Source: Oceanospirillaceae bacterium (GTDB taxonomy: Bacteria > Pseudomonadota > Gammaproteobacteria > Pseudomonadales > Litoribrevibacteraceae). From it: 24,000 nt of DNA. The DNA is taken from NCBI GenBank assembly GCA_015665455.1, contig JADFAD010000013.1:70918-94917 (forward strand), read 5' to 3'. Below the pieces are notes generated by a model. It was not told where the DNA came from. It saw only the letters and a list, made by a program, of their open reading frames with translations, and did not search any database. Every line of letters starts with the position of its first letter. Positions within the stretch are counted from its first letter, which is position 1. Positions 23,911 through 24,000 of the stretch are shown here, piece after piece. A program made the translations under genes and the position numbers.

Positions 23911-24000
23911 TCTGCAATCATCGAAGTATCTTAATTATACGGTCCAAAGTTATAAGCATCCTACGTTGAAGCATAGATCAAATATTAATAAATGAGTTAA

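Noticed and set aside
1-24000. CRISPR arrays, tRNA/tmRNA, rRNA, integrase, transposase or IS ends marking the accessory region
   Set aside because: - Scanning both strands showed no regularly spaced repeats and no tRNA-like GTTCGAATC/T-loop contexts outside coding sequence.
- No ORF has integrase or transposase motifs.
- The only repeats found are the paralogous gene fragments and the short cassette-flanking blocks reported above.

Overview
The window looks like a gammaproteobacterial chromosome segment with two compositionally distinct parts. All homology calls come from motif recognition by eye; no database search was possible.

**Positions ~1-13,300: AT-rich accessory DNA** (hand counts of sampled 60-nt lines give about 33-48% GC).
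- **Polymorphic-toxin-style patch (1-6,400, + strand).** It holds a DUF3380-type N-acetylmuramidase with an adjacent lipoprotein, which looks like an effector/immunity pair. It also holds an AHH-family HNH nuclease with an Imm-like gene, and a sirtuin lacking the Zn-ribbon cysteines. A Cys-pair lipoprotein family is present in four copies: one intact, one divergent, two decayed or chimeric. Several recombination scars are visible.
- **Small orphan genes** (6,448-7,481, - strand).
- **The stand-out: a two-gene minus-strand cassette (7,829-10,541).** It encodes a fused MNT-type nucleotidyltransferase-HEPN protein, followed 55 bp later by a ~506-aa UG/Abi-like reverse transcriptase (YVDD) with a helical C-terminal extension. 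The non-coding flanks (about 210 and 350 bp) share short collinear direct repeats. I consider this a candidate uncharacterised RT-based defence system. A decayed fragment of a related NTase-HEPN 3' end sits about 5.5 kb away in inverted orientation (3,909-3,967).
- **A minus-strand operon** of exported and HEAT-like unknowns (10,753-13,258).

**Positions ~13,380-24,000: higher GC (about 47-53% in sampled lines), core-like.** Genes here are:
- a GlxA/AraC regulator
- a large acyl-CoA dehydrogenase
- an enoyl-CoA hydratase
- an SDR
- a MerR regulator and an OYE flavin oxidoreductase, sharing a textbook 19-bp-spacer MerR promoter
- a 681-aa fusion protein whose C-terminal half resembles cyanobacterial acyl-ACP reductase
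- a CHASE-PAS sensor with no output domain

No rRNA, tRNA, CRISPR array, integrase or transposase was seen.
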